Below, in pieces: positions 29,710 to 40,089 of a DNA stretch of 64,000 bases. Below the pieces are notes generated by a model. That model saw only the letters and a program-made list of their open reading frames with translations, was not told the DNA's origin and did not search any database. Source of the DNA: a virus; the IMG/VR virus record IMGVR_UViG_3300027798_000016, positions 1-64,000 of that record. One strand, given 5' to 3'. Both the position numbers and the translations under genes were made by a program. The first letter of the stretch is position 1, and each line of letters begins with the position of its first letter.

Positions 29710-30909
29710 TTAGATGAAGCTTAATGCAGTTGCATCGATAGCAATTGTGTTAACATAATCAGAAGCGTTACCCAAAGAGTTTGACGCATTTGATAATTCA
29801 ACATAACCGTAACGAGTCATGAAGCTGACAGTTGGTTCAAATGTATTTGGATCCAAAACAACACCACTGCTCATCAAAGGAATGTATGGGCAATAGAATG
29901 CAGGAGCATCCATTTCGTTAGCGCCTTTGTAACCAATTAGAACTGGGGCGGCATCGCCTGCGTAATGGTTAACATAAACACGAACTGAACTGTTTAGTGT
30001 ACCAACAAACTTTGTATTTGTAGGAGCTTCAAATGTACCTTCTGTTGTACGAGCAAATGCGCTGGTAGTAGCAGATTGTAGAATTGTCAATGCTGTTGGG
30101 CTAATAACAATGTAGTTACCAGCACCACGACGTGTACGGCTAGCGATGTCGTTAGCGGCACGGTTGATCAACACAGCCAATGCGGCGTGTTGGTCACCAA
30201 CGAAGTTGGCTTGACCTGATACTGCTGACTGGTCGTATGTACCAAATGCACTACCTGCTAAACCAATCAATGAACCAATGATTTCTTGGTCAATTTCAGC
30301 AGTAATTTCTTGTGCTAGAGCGGCCATGATTTCTGCTTCAACGTCAACACCATGAATGGCTTGTGCGTCTTGAGCGGCTTCAAATGTCCAACGAGCTGAT
30401 AACCTACGGCTCTTAGCTTCTACAGTCTCTTTCAAGATCTGGATGTTCATTCTCTTACCAGCAGTACCTTCTAATGTACCTGTTGTTTCAGCTTTACCAG
30501 CTGAGCTACCAGAATACTGAGTAGCAATGCTGAATGGGCTTAGAGCTTCATCGTTTGCTGTAACAGCTTTACCGATGTTGCCATCAGCGGCTGAACTTGC
30601 ACTTACTGAATCTGCATAACGCACACGCAATGTGTGGATCTGAGATACTGGACCTTGCATTGGTTGTACACCAACTAATTCGTTGGCAATGGTTGTTGGC
30701 ATTACACGACGAATAACTGGTAAAATAACCTTGTTTAGAACAGCAACATTACCCTGTGCAGTTGCACCAGCAGTTGCAGTTTCTGTCAAATACTTTTTAG
30801 TATTTTCTAAACAGACTTCCATTGTGGACTTGCGTTGTCCAGTTAGGCCTTCTGTTAAAGCCTGCTTGGTAGCAGACCAATTTTTAGCTTCAAATAGAGC
30901 TTGTGACAT
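29710..30909 (-). CDS. gp23: Major capsid protein
   Basis: IRRVMPTTIANELVGVQPMQGP, VEAKSRRLSARWTFEAAQDAQAIHG, EITAEIDQEII, FYCPYIPL, FMTRYG. Confidence 0.98.
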   Translation of the reverse strand: MSQALFEAKNWSATKQALTEGLTGQRKSTMEVCLENTKKYLTETATAGATAQGNVAVLNKVILPVIRRVMPTTIANELVGVQPMQGPVSQIHTLRVRYADSVSASSAADGNIGKAVTANDEALSPFSIATQYSGSSAGKAETTGTLEGTAGKRMNIQILKETVEAKSRRLSARWTFEAAQDAQAIHGVDVEAEIMAALAQEITAEIDQEIIGSLIGLAGSAFGTYDQSAVSGQANFVGDQHAALAVLINRAANDIASRTRRGAGNYIVISPTALTILQSATTSAFARTTEGTFEAPTNTKFVGTLNSSVRVYVNHYAGDAAPVLIGYKGANEMDAPAFYCPYIPLMSSGVVLDPNTFEPTVSFMTRYGYVELSNASNSLGNASDYVNTIAIDATALSFI

Positions 30910-30926
30910 TTTGTATGTCTCCTTAA

Positions 30927-32039
30927 TTAATTCTTAATTCCAGCGAGTTTACGAAGTTGCTGAATTGTTTCATCAGCTTCGGCTGGGGCAGTAACTGACT
31001 CATTAAGAGCTTTGTTACCTGTAACCACAGTCTTCTGTGATTGCTGTCCTTCAACTAGTTGTTTCTTCTCTCGACGAACTTCTTCGTTTAGAACAGATGG
31101 CAAGTATTTCTGGAATTGGTCTTTTAGTTTACTGGTATCAGTACCTTCTAATAACTCTTCCATAACGCCACGCTTGTCTTTTGACAATGGTGAACATAAT
31201 TCTTGCATAACGCGAACTCGCTGTGCTTGATCTTCCGCAATGCGCTGACGACGAAGCGACTCGCTAATTTGTACTTCTTTATGTGTTAGTTTTGTATTAG
31301 CCTCGGCCAATTGGCCTTGAATTTCGATGATTGATTTGTTAAGCTGGCTAACGGCAGTGCCGTCTGCAAACTTAGATGCCATAAATTCTGCGGCAAAAGC
31401 TTCCATGATCTTACGACCAAAGTTGTTTTCTTTTGCTTCACGAATATCTGTTTTTAACTGTGACATTTCTTTCTTGAATGATTCTGTAACTAGACCGTTG
31501 ATCTTGCTACTGGCTTTCTGGATGAAAGCTGTACGAGTTTCATTAATTGCTTTACGGCCTTCGGACACTAGTTTTACGCGAGCGTTTACCAATGCCTTGT
31601 GATCTTCATGCAATTCAGTTAATTCGCCTGTTAACTTGCGTAATGCAAATTCTTCTAAGCGAGAAATACTTTGTTTTTGTGCGTTACGATCGCCACGAAG
31701 TTCTGCAATTTCTTTGGCAAGTGTTTCCAGTACCAATTTTTGTAGCATTGTAGCATCTTCTTTGATCTTTGTAGCATACTTCACACGCTGAACAATTGCT
31801 TGTTCACGCAGTGATTTTAAATCTGTTGCTCCTGCATTGATAGTATCTTGCATTAACCTATCCATTGCTTCGATAAGTTGTCCTCTATCATGCTCGTAGC
31901 GTGAAGCAAATTCTTCACGCAATTCTGCCGTTACAGTTTCACGGCTTTCGGCAATGTGTTTTTCCCAAGCGGCGTTGATATTCTCACGCACCTCTTCGGA
32001 TAAAACAACTGAGCCCAGCATCTCTGTAAAATTACTCAT
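30927..32039 (-). CDS. gp22: Prohead core scaffold protein
   Basis: Coiled-coil 370 aa between protease and capsid; FGRKIMEAFAAEF; C-terminal LRKLAGI. Confidence 0.85.
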   Translation of the reverse strand: MSNFTEMLGSVVLSEEVRENINAAWEKHIAESRETVTAELREEFASRYEHDRGQLIEAMDRLMQDTINAGATDLKSLREQAIVQRVKYATKIKEDATMLQKLVLETLAKEIAELRGDRNAQKQSISRLEEFALRKLTGELTELHEDHKALVNARVKLVSEGRKAINETRTAFIQKASSKINGLVTESFKKEMSQLKTDIREAKENNFGRKIMEAFAAEFMASKFADGTAVSQLNKSIIEIQGQLAEANTKLTHKEVQISESLRRQRIAEDQAQRVRVMQELCSPLSKDKRGVMEELLEGTDTSKLKDQFQKYLPSVLNEEVRREKKQLVEGQQSQKTVVTGNKALNESVTAPAEADETIQQLRKLAGIKN

Positions 32040-32049
32040 GGTTTTTTCC

Positions 32050-32691
32050 TCAGACTTTCTTTAGATTCGTAATGAATCTAGTAACCTCTGACTCGAGGTG
32101 TTTTTGTGCGGACCTATCGTAGGTCGCCGCGTAGGCCACATCCATTAGAGCGGCACGTCTACGACTGCCCATTACTCTTTCATAAATTGGTGTTGGATAA
32201 GCTTCTGGAGCACTTGGTTGTGCTACAACATCAACAGTGACAATCTCAAATTCAGAAACATTACCAGATTCCTGGACATTTCCTGAGCCTCGACTGCTGA
32301 CGCCTAACTTAACACCACTTTCAAGTAATGTTTTGATAATGTTACCCATTGGTGTTGGGATAAGTTTTAATTTACCATAACCATTGGGGCCATCCATCCA
32401 CATCTCAGTGACCATATGACTTACTCGGTCAATGTTCACTTGTAGATCGTCTGGATGATCTGCTTCTCCTAGAACGGAGAAACCACTATCTAATCGTTTA
32501 CGAATGCTCTCTACAGCATTGGTGATTTCATTTACAGGGTAGATACGCTGATTGTGATTGCGTACTCCACCTTGAATAAAAACACCTTTCATGTAGAGAT
32601 CCTTACCGCCACTGGCTGTGTCTTTAGTTTCAAGAACCATTTGTGCTTGATCAAAAGATAAGTTTTCGCGTAGTGGCTGTAGGTTCTGCAT
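32050..32691 (-). CDS. gp21: Prohead protease
   Basis: GVFIQGGVRNHNQRIYP, GEADHP, VSH, LGVSSRGSG, DVVAQPSAPEAY. Confidence 0.97.
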   Translation of the reverse strand: MQNLQPLRENLSFDQAQMVLETKDTASGGKDLYMKGVFIQGGVRNHNQRIYPVNEITNAVESIRKRLDSGFSVLGEADHPDDLQVNIDRVSHMVTEMWMDGPNGYGKLKLIPTPMGNIIKTLLESGVKLGVSSRGSGNVQESGNVSEFEIVTVDVVAQPSAPEAYPTPIYERVMGSRRRAALMDVAYAATYDRSAQKHLESEVTRFITNLKKV

Positions 32692-32694
32692 GGT

Positions 32695-33492
32695 TTAACC
32701 CTTAGGTAAGACTGAAGGACTTGAACCAGCTTCGCGTCCAGGAGCGGCACCAGGTTTTGCAACCTTGCTAACTGCTGGGCGAGTTGTTCCGCCTAAATCT
32801 TGTGAACTTGGTGCTTTAGCTGGTGATGTACCGCTGGCAACGCCTTCCCCACTTGTGCTTCCGCCAAATGATGTTGATGGACGAGCCATCATTGGATTGC
32901 GTTTTGCAACTGGGCTAGTAGTATTAGTAGCACCTGTTACACTATTTGCACCTGAACCTGCGCCTACTGCTTGACCTTCTGAATTGGCATCTAGTTTTAC
33001 TCGTTGTAATTCTAGAGCTTCTTCTAAAGACTCGCCTGTTGGCATTGGCATTTCTTCAGCACCCATTTCTGGACCCATTTCTGAATCCTGGTCACCTTCA
33101 CCGGATACCATCTCTTCAAATTCTGCTTTTAGTTTGGCTAAGGCTGATTCTACATCTAACATTGCGTCAGCAACATCAGCGGCATCAGAACTAACTGGTT
33201 CTGCACCTTCTTCGCCATTGTCCATGCCGGCTTCTAAATCATCAGCTGGTACTTCCAAATCTTGGACACCGGCTTCTTCATCGCCTTCGGCTTCTTGTGT
33301 TAAATCTGCATCAACTTCGTCTACGGAATTGATGGCTTCTTGTTGTTGATCTTCTTGATCATCATCAGTCATAATGTCTTCATAGACCTGACGACCAACG
33401 CTTACATAGTAATCATGTAACAACGCACTAGCTTTATCTTCTTCTTTATTCAAAAGATGATCTAATGCCTGTTCTAGAACTGTTTTACTCAT
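32695..33492 (-). CDS. Acidic prohead core protein
   Basis: Very acidic ORF between portal and protease; AAGGAG SD before ATG 33492. Confidence 0.65.
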   Translation of the reverse strand: MSKTVLEQALDHLLNKEEDKASALLHDYYVSVGRQVYEDIMTDDDQEDQQQEAINSVDEVDADLTQEAEGDEEAGVQDLEVPADDLEAGMDNGEEGAEPVSSDAADVADAMLDVESALAKLKAEFEEMVSGEGDQDSEMGPEMGAEEMPMPTGESLEEALELQRVKLDANSEGQAVGAGSGANSVTGATNTTSPVAKRNPMMARPSTSFGGSTSGEGVASGTSPAKAPSSQDLGGTTRPAVSKVAKPGAAPGREAGSSPSVLPKG

Positions 33493-33623
33493 TATTAGTC
33501 TCCTTGCGCTAAGGGGCACACATAAGAATGTGCTTTACCAATAACTACTTACTATTGGCACATAATAATGAAGTTCATATGGTAGAAAAAACGGTGTTTT
33601 TCTACTGAAAAATTACAATTTTA

Positions 33624-33836
33624 TTACATTGACTGCTCGACAGGGCGAGCATACATTTTTTTGACTAATTGTAATCGTTGTTTGGTTTCGTATTTCCGTA
33701 AATCTCTGATTTTTCTTAAACGATTCACATGTTCAAGCGTCAAACGCTTCCTACGCAAATCGCCAAAGAAAGCAACTTCAGGATCGATTTCTTTGTCGAT
33801 CTCATCTTGGTTGGCCATTAAATCATTGAATCTCAT
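33624..33836 (-). CDS. Small conserved head-module protein
   Basis: 70 aa, DLRRKRLTLEHVNRLRK...VKKMY; TAAGTA 5 nt before the ATG. Confidence 0.7.
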   Translation of the reverse strand: MRFNDLMANQDEIDKEIDPEVAFFGDLRRKRLTLEHVNRLRKIRDLRKYETKQRLQLVKKMYARPVEQSM

Positions 33837-33860
33837 AAGTGTACTTATCCAAAATGTAAT

Positions 33861-35543
33861 TTAAGTTCCAGGCGGTGCTGGTGGTATTCCTAGGTCTGCG
33901 GCAGGTGCTCCAGCGTCGGCTCCACCTTCTGGACCTTCTGCTGGATTTGCATCAAGTCCACCTGACAGGTCTAAATCACTGTCATTTGGTCCAGATACGC
34001 CGGTTGCACTAAATCCTGCTCCAGCTTCTCCACTCATGTCTACTGCTTCTTCACCTTGATTTTCTTCACGCCACAGCGTTTCGTTTTCTAACAGTTCGTC
34101 ATCATCCAAGCCCAAGTACTTCTTCAGTTTGAATCTATGGCTTAGATATGGAATTTCAGCAAGTTGACTAAACACACCTGCACGAGCTCCATCAATTTCA
34201 ATTTCACGGTAACCACTGAAGTTTTGTGGCTCTAACAAATCAATGTCAAAGTCAGAACTGTCAAGATTTACGCCTCTATTCTTCATAAAAGCCTTGAATT
34301 CGCGGTCGAGATACGGAGCAATTAGCCCCTGTAGCCTACGACAATATCTGTTAAAACGGTACTCTTGAATCATTGCAGTACCCAGTTTTCCATCTGTATA
34401 AACTGCGGCACTATCGTCTGGACCAGTTGGCAAATAGCTACTTGGAATACGCAGGCCACGCAATAACTTGTTGTTAAAGTACTTTAAATCGTCAATTTCA
34501 CCTAGACCGGAACCACCAGGTAATGTTTCAACTTTACTTCCACGACCGTCAGCAGTGGTGGCAAAGAAGAAATCTTCCAGCATGGTCAATGGATTGTAAC
34601 TTGCATCCATTGTTGCTCCGCCACCTGTGCGAGTTGGAATTCTACGCTGGTGAATTTCGTTTTTAACACGCTCAACAAAGGCCATGGCCTGGTGAGCTGG
34701 TAAATTACCTGTGTCAATATAAAATACTCGGCGTTCTGGTGCTCGTTGCACACGATAGATGATGACTGCATCTTCAAGCATTTCTTTTTGCTTGTAGATT
34801 TTAAACACGCTGTCTAATATACTATTGCCAAACGGCCAAGTTCCATCAAGTCCTTCGTTCAGTGTCATGTGAATTATATGTTCACTGTCAATGGCTACTT
34901 CCTCCACTTGCTGTCCTGCTTTTGAATAGTTTACGCCAGTTGCAGGATATGGACCTTGTGGAGTGGCACCCATGGTTGAAAGTGTTTTGACATTGTCAAT
35001 GGGTTTTGTTGCAACCTTTGAAGCAAAGTTTGGATGCACATTGCTAATGACATACTGTTCAACATCTCTGCCTTCTGCTTCATTGATAACTGCTCGTTTG
35101 ACATCTGATGGATTTACCCAGTACAACTCAAATGTTTCTGGATCACGCATGAAGAACTGGTCTCCATACTTGATGGCACTACGGAACATTCTAAAAATAC
35201 GCTGATCCATTTTATTAATTGCACACCACTTCTTCAGTGACTCTTGTACAATCTTGCTTTCGCTGTCAGTTGGATCTTCTTTCCACATGATTCGGAAAGG
35301 TAAATTTGTATCTAGTTCTGCTTGTGTACAGAACTCGGCAATGGTGTCTAATGCGGCATTGACTTCTGAGTCCGCATCCATCAAATCATATTGACCATAA
35401 CGATCAACACGGTTTGGTTGTCCAGTGTATACATCTTGTAGCCAAGATGAGTATTTGGCCGAAGCCGCAGATGATCCACCTCGATTATTTGAAGTAAGTT
35501 CGGTTTCTGGATCCCAGATTTTAAAGTGTTTTCGCCATGACAT
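33861..35543 (-). CDS. gp20: Portal protein
   Basis: EDAVIIYRVQRAPERRVFYIDTGNLP, LEDFFF...GRGSKVETLPGG, IDDLKYFNNKLLRGLRIPSSYL. Confidence 0.97.
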   Translation of the reverse strand: MSWRKHFKIWDPETELTSNNRGGSSAASAKYSSWLQDVYTGQPNRVDRYGQYDLMDADSEVNAALDTIAEFCTQAELDTNLPFRIMWKEDPTDSESKIVQESLKKWCAINKMDQRIFRMFRSAIKYGDQFFMRDPETFELYWVNPSDVKRAVINEAEGRDVEQYVISNVHPNFASKVATKPIDNVKTLSTMGATPQGPYPATGVNYSKAGQQVEEVAIDSEHIIHMTLNEGLDGTWPFGNSILDSVFKIYKQKEMLEDAVIIYRVQRAPERRVFYIDTGNLPAHQAMAFVERVKNEIHQRRIPTRTGGGATMDASYNPLTMLEDFFFATTADGRGSKVETLPGGSGLGEIDDLKYFNNKLLRGLRIPSSYLPTGPDDSAAVYTDGKLGTAMIQEYRFNRYCRRLQGLIAPYLDREFKAFMKNRGVNLDSSDFDIDLLEPQNFSGYREIEIDGARAGVFSQLAEIPYLSHRFKLKKYLGLDDDELLENETLWREENQGEEAVDMSGEAGAGFSATGVSGPNDSDLDLSGGLDANPAEGPEGGADAGAPAADLGIPPAPPGT

Positions 35544-35567
35544 AGTTGACTTACTTACCTTATTTTA

Positions 35568-38500
35568 TTAACTCAGTCTAACCGGAGTATTTGCTTCGGA
35601 TCCGCGGGTATTGCCTCGGATGGCATCTAGATCATCAACAATGGACGCCAGGTAACCCAGTGCTTGTGTTAATATTTCCGGAGTCAATGGAGTTGCATTT
35701 AAACGATTGGCCACAATTGACTCTCCTGAACTCAATGACTCTGCTGTTGGTACAGTTCCCGACACTCCGGGTATTGACATGTCACTTGAGCTTGGCAACT
35801 GAATTTGACCAGCATCTTTCATCTGTGTCATTGCTTGACCAATTTGAGTGAGATACTGTGCTGTCAATCTAACTTCATCGCTGGCACCGGCTTTGGCAAA
35901 CTCCAACAATTGGTCTTTGAAATTGCCCAATGCATCTTTATCAAATCCTTTAAGTCCAGCATTGATGTCAATTAGACCTGTACCAAAATTCTTTATGCCG
36001 TTGCCTAACTTTTCAATTTTGTCTGCCATTGGCGCCATTTGCATGATGCGTTCTAGTGGACCTTTAGATCCAACCAGTCCCAACAATCCAGAAACAATTC
36101 CACCACCAGCGGCCACAATGGCCGCGGCAGCAAATGCTGTCATACCCAGTGCAATGGCACCAAGTCCCAGTCCTACCATCATTAAATTACTACCACTTAC
36201 CTCACCAAGCATTTTTAGTGATTCAGCAAAGGGTTTCATTCCAACGCTGGCAATACCAAGTGCTAGGCCCATTCCTGCGGCAGTTACTCCAAGTGCGGCC
36301 AACGCCACTAATCCTGCACCAAACATTAATGCACCCACACCCGACATCATTATTGCGCCCAGTGCAAAAACTGCGGCTCCTAGTATACCCAGTGCAATGG
36401 CCCCTTTTGTCAAACTTGCCCAATCAACTTCATTAAATGTTTGAAAGCCTTTGCCTGCTACCCACATGGCGGCACCCAGTGCGGCAATGGCCAATGCTCC
36501 TATTAGAATATTTGCTGACATACCACCCAGCAACGAAGCCGCTACACCCAGTATACCTATTGCAACAGCACCTTTGACCAAGCTTCCCCAATTTACTTCA
36601 TTAAATGATTTAAATCCTTGACCAGCTACCCACATTGTGGCACCCAGTACACCAATGACCAGAGCACCTTTAAGTATTGAAGCAGAACCTTTGTCTAACA
36701 ATTTGGCCATAACCACTAGACCGCCTATGGCCAGTGTTCCTTTGACCAAACTACCCCAGTTGACTTCATTGAATACTTTGAATCCAATTGCTGACAATGC
36801 CAGCGATGCACCCAAGATTGCAATGACACCTGCACCTTTTAGTATTGAATTGGAACCCTTGTCTAATAATTTTGCAATTCCTATCAGGCCGCCCAAGGCA
36901 ACTGTACCCTTGAGCATGCCTTCCCAAGTGACTTCACCAAAAGTTTTGAATCCGTGTGCGGCCAAGGCCAAGGCGCCACCCAACAATGCCAGTGTGCCTG
37001 CGCCTTTGATGGTTTTGTTGTCTCCCAGCTTGCCAAGAAAGTCTCCAAACGAGCTCATACCACTGCTGGCGGCCCCGCCTAGCTTGCTGAACATTCCGCC
37101 AGCTTTATCGCCAACAGTACTCAATGCTCCGCCAACACCGCTGCCTGCGCCTTTGCTGAACACACCACCAACAATTTTTCCACCAGCACTTGCGGCTCCT
37201 GCACCTTTGCCAAGTGCTCCACCCAGTATGCTTCCAATTTTAGCAAGTCCACCGCTGCCGCCAAATAGTGCCATTCCTATGCCGCCAAACACCAATGGAG
37301 TCAACAAACCAAGTACACCAATCATAGTGGCATTCAACCATTGAACAGCGCCACGCAAACTGTTTAGAGCCATATCCAGTTGATTCATTGTTTTGATATT
37401 GCCAGCTTCAGATGTTGTTCCACCTAAATCCTTTTTGGCCTTCTTTTCAGCTTCTTCATTGGTCGCGGCTTGACCTATTGTGGTGCCAAAATTCAACTGA
37501 CGTTGTTTGGCTTCCATGTATTTTAGGTCACCAACATTATATGAAGATGCGCCGCCAGCGGCTAGTCCAGCGGCTTCTCGTTGCATTTGAGCAGAGTATG
37601 CCCCCGAATCAAATTTGCCATTTCTTCCGCCAGCACCACCTGCATCAGCACCTCGACCAATGGCATTAATGGTATCTGCAAATTCTGGACCCATCTTTTC
37701 AATTGCAAAGGCCATGCCTTTGTCTCGAGTCTGTTGATCTTGCATCAGCAATGCAATCTGATTGGCATCACTGTCGCTCATGCCAGTGCCTTTCATCAAT
37801 GCCATCTTGATATCTTCTGCACCTTCAATACCAAGTGTACTTGCTGTTTGCCCTGCTAGACTTCTTTTAAAATCATTGATACTTTTTAGCACTTCCTCAG
37901 CACTTAATCCAAAAGTATTACTCAATTTTCTTGCACTTTCCGCAGTATCAGCAAATGCTTTGGCTGATGCCTTTACTGCATCGTCACCGCGTTTGCCACT
38001 GAGTGCTGTCTGTTGTGCAATGGATGCCATCAATGTGGCCTGTGCTTCTTGACTCATTCCCAATTCACTTACTGCAACTGATGCTCTATCAACATCTTTA
38101 ACAAAGTCTTTGCCAAGACGATTGTTTAGGGTCCTGGTAAAATTACTGCCGTTACGAAAGCCTCTAGACAAGTCACTTAAATTTTCTATTGCATCTTGAC
38201 TGCCATTGCCAAAAGATTTAAAGCCCTGATTGCTTTCAGCAATAACTTTTATAAAGCTATCTCCAAGTCCACTCATCGTTTTTGCTTGTCTAATTGATCC
38301 TACTTTGAATGCACCTAGGTCAGCAAAGCCGCCAACACCTGCGGCATCTTTGGCAAAGTCACTCATTGCTCCCAGTGCAAAACTTGCGCCAGCCGCAAAG
38401 CCAAACAACATCTTGCCAACAACAGTATTGGCTCCTCTGAATGTCTCTGCTAAGCCGCCTAAGGATTGATGAACTGTACCTGTTCCAGTTAATAATTCTT

Positions 38501-38861
38501 TACCAAATCGCTTGACGCCTGCTTCCTGGCGTTCCATTTCCCATTCTAAATCTCTTGTGGCTTTGGCCAATTCATCTTGTGCGTCTATAGTGTCGTCGAC
38601 GGAATCACGAAGCTTTTCTAATTTTTTTCTTAGCCTTTCTACTTCTTTGCTATTTTCACCGTGCTTTTTTGTTGCGGCGGCCAGTAGTTTTGCATTTGAG
38701 TCAAGAGCCTTGTCTAATGCGGCGCTGCCGGTGTTGGCTTTGCCAGCTTTGCCACCAGTCTGGCCAACAGAACCATCGCCTTTGCCTCGACCCAATTGTG
38801 AGGTCAGGCGATTCATTGCGGATATCAATTCATCTATTTTATGATCAGCTATTTCAGCCAT
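35568..38861 (-). CDS. Tape measure protein
   Basis: 1097 aa, Ala/Gly-rich helical, hydrophobic 56-aa repeats; divergent from the gp26/gp51 pair. Confidence 0.75.
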   Translation of the reverse strand: MAEIADHKIDELISAMNRLTSQLGRGKGDGSVGQTGGKAGKANTGSAALDKALDSNAKLLAAATKKHGENSKEVERLRKKLEKLRDSVDDTIDAQDELAKATRDLEWEMERQEAGVKRFGKELLTGTGTVHQSLGGLAETFRGANTVVGKMLFGFAAGASFALGAMSDFAKDAAGVGGFADLGAFKVGSIRQAKTMSGLGDSFIKVIAESNQGFKSFGNGSQDAIENLSDLSRGFRNGSNFTRTLNNRLGKDFVKDVDRASVAVSELGMSQEAQATLMASIAQQTALSGKRGDDAVKASAKAFADTAESARKLSNTFGLSAEEVLKSINDFKRSLAGQTASTLGIEGAEDIKMALMKGTGMSDSDANQIALLMQDQQTRDKGMAFAIEKMGPEFADTINAIGRGADAGGAGGRNGKFDSGAYSAQMQREAAGLAAGGASSYNVGDLKYMEAKQRQLNFGTTIGQAATNEEAEKKAKKDLGGTTSEAGNIKTMNQLDMALNSLRGAVQWLNATMIGVLGLLTPLVFGGIGMALFGGSGGLAKIGSILGGALGKGAGAASAGGKIVGGVFSKGAGSGVGGALSTVGDKAGGMFSKLGGAASSGMSSFGDFLGKLGDNKTIKGAGTLALLGGALALAAHGFKTFGEVTWEGMLKGTVALGGLIGIAKLLDKGSNSILKGAGVIAILGASLALSAIGFKVFNEVNWGSLVKGTLAIGGLVVMAKLLDKGSASILKGALVIGVLGATMWVAGQGFKSFNEVNWGSLVKGAVAIGILGVAASLLGGMSANILIGALAIAALGAAMWVAGKGFQTFNEVDWASLTKGAIALGILGAAVFALGAIMMSGVGALMFGAGLVALAALGVTAAGMGLALGIASVGMKPFAESLKMLGEVSGSNLMMVGLGLGAIALGMTAFAAAAIVAAGGGIVSGLLGLVGSKGPLERIMQMAPMADKIEKLGNGIKNFGTGLIDINAGLKGFDKDALGNFKDQLLEFAKAGASDEVRLTAQYLTQIGQAMTQMKDAGQIQLPSSSDMSIPGVSGTVPTAESLSSGESIVANRLNATPLTPEILTQALGYLASIVDDLDAIRGNTRGSEANTPVRLS

Positions 38862-38904
38862 GTGTTTTTCTTAATCTGGGTCATTAGGACATTAAAGTAC
38901 CACA

Positions 38905-38944
38905 TAAATAGATTATGCATATTATAGGCCTATGAACCTATTTA
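38905..38944. promoter_or_regulatory. Pair of late promoter motifs for divergent genes
   Basis: TAAATA on + at 38905-38910 and on - at 38939-38944. Confidence 0.6.
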
Positions 38945-38962
38945 CCGTTAAGGATTAAGTAC

Positions 38963-39856
38963 ATGGATAAAGAAAACCCACTCAAGAAGCCCGTTTCGCA
39001 GGCTACTGCCAACCCGTTGGCAAATTTTTACCGTAGACCTGGCACCTATGTCAGTTTACCCAGTAAAGGACGATACTACAGATCAGCTATCAAACTGTCT
39101 GACAATGGAGAACTGGCAGTTTATCCAATGACTGCCAAAGATGAACTAGCACTGAAGAACCCGGATGCCTTACTAAACGGCGAAGCACTGAAACAAGTGT
39201 TGGCCAGTGTAGTGCCGGACATCAGCAATGTTAATGAAATTCCAGCACCCGACATTGATATGATTTTGGTTGCCATGCGTATGGCCAGCTATGGCGATGA
39301 CTTGGATCTAAATGTAAATCACAATTGTGCGGCCAGTGAAGGTAAAAGTCAAAGTGTCACAGTTGGGCTAGGATCAATTTTAGGCACAATGAAAGAGATT
39401 CCAGACGGTTCCGGAGAAGTGGTATTGTCAAACGGTGTCAAAGTGCTGTTACGACCTTACTCACTGGAAAATCAAAGCAAGTTGTTGAGAGTACAGTTTA
39501 CAACCATGCGTCAGTTGCAGGCCATGGAAGCCAATGAAAAGAACACCATTGATCAGAAAGCTGATGTGGCCAACAAAGGTTACGACATGTTGACCAATCT
39601 AAGCCAGGAAATTTTAGCAGGCAGTATCATTGCAGTTGTACTGCCAGACGGAACTGAAGTGACCAATTATGGACACATTTATGATTGGGTCAAGAACTTG
39701 GATCGTGCCAGTGCCGATCGTCTAGATCAAGAAATGAAACTGTTTGCAGATTATGGTATTACACGCACATTGGAAATGACTTGCGACTATTGCAAGGAGA
39801 AGTATACCACTGATATGCTGTTTGACCCAACAAGTTTTTTCGGCGCAGGCTCTTGA
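38963..39856 (+). CDS. gp26: Baseplate hub assembly protein
   Basis: NPLANFYRRP..YVSLPSKG, VYPMTAKDELALKNPDALLNG, DIDMILVAMRMASYG, C-terminal CDYC...FDPTSFF. Confidence 0.8.
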   Translation: MDKENPLKKPVSQATANPLANFYRRPGTYVSLPSKGRYYRSAIKLSDNGELAVYPMTAKDELALKNPDALLNGEALKQVLASVVPDISNVNEIPAPDIDMILVAMRMASYGDDLDLNVNHNCAASEGKSQSVTVGLGSILGTMKEIPDGSGEVVLSNGVKVLLRPYSLENQSKLLRVQFTTMRQLQAMEANEKNTIDQKADVANKGYDMLTNLSQEILAGSIIAVVLPDGTEVTNYGHIYDWVKNLDRASADRLDQEMKLFADYGITRTLEMTCDYCKEKYTTDMLFDPTSFFGAGS

Positions 39857-40077
39857 TGTTAGGAACCAACGGAGCAAAGATTAGACGCTTCGTTGAAGGT
39901 ATCGAATCTGATGCAAGAGCCCTGATCAAGGAAGTTACTACTTTGAGTGTTTGGGCAACCATAGACCCAGAAACCATTTGGAATATGACTCATTTAGAAA
40001 GAGTTGTGCTATCCGAAGCAGTAAAAGAAAGAACAGAAGCAATGTATGGCAAAAAAGGATTTGCTCGCTCAAGGTGA
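39856..40077 (+). CDS. Baseplate hub assembly catalyst (gp51-like)
   Basis: Short ORF coupled to gp26 (TGATG); IWNMTHLER motif. Confidence 0.55.
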   Translation: MLGTNGAKIRRFVEGIESDARALIKEVTTLSVWATIDPETIWNMTHLERVVLSEAVKERTEAMYGKKGFARSR

Positions 40078-40089
40078 TTCATTTATCAT

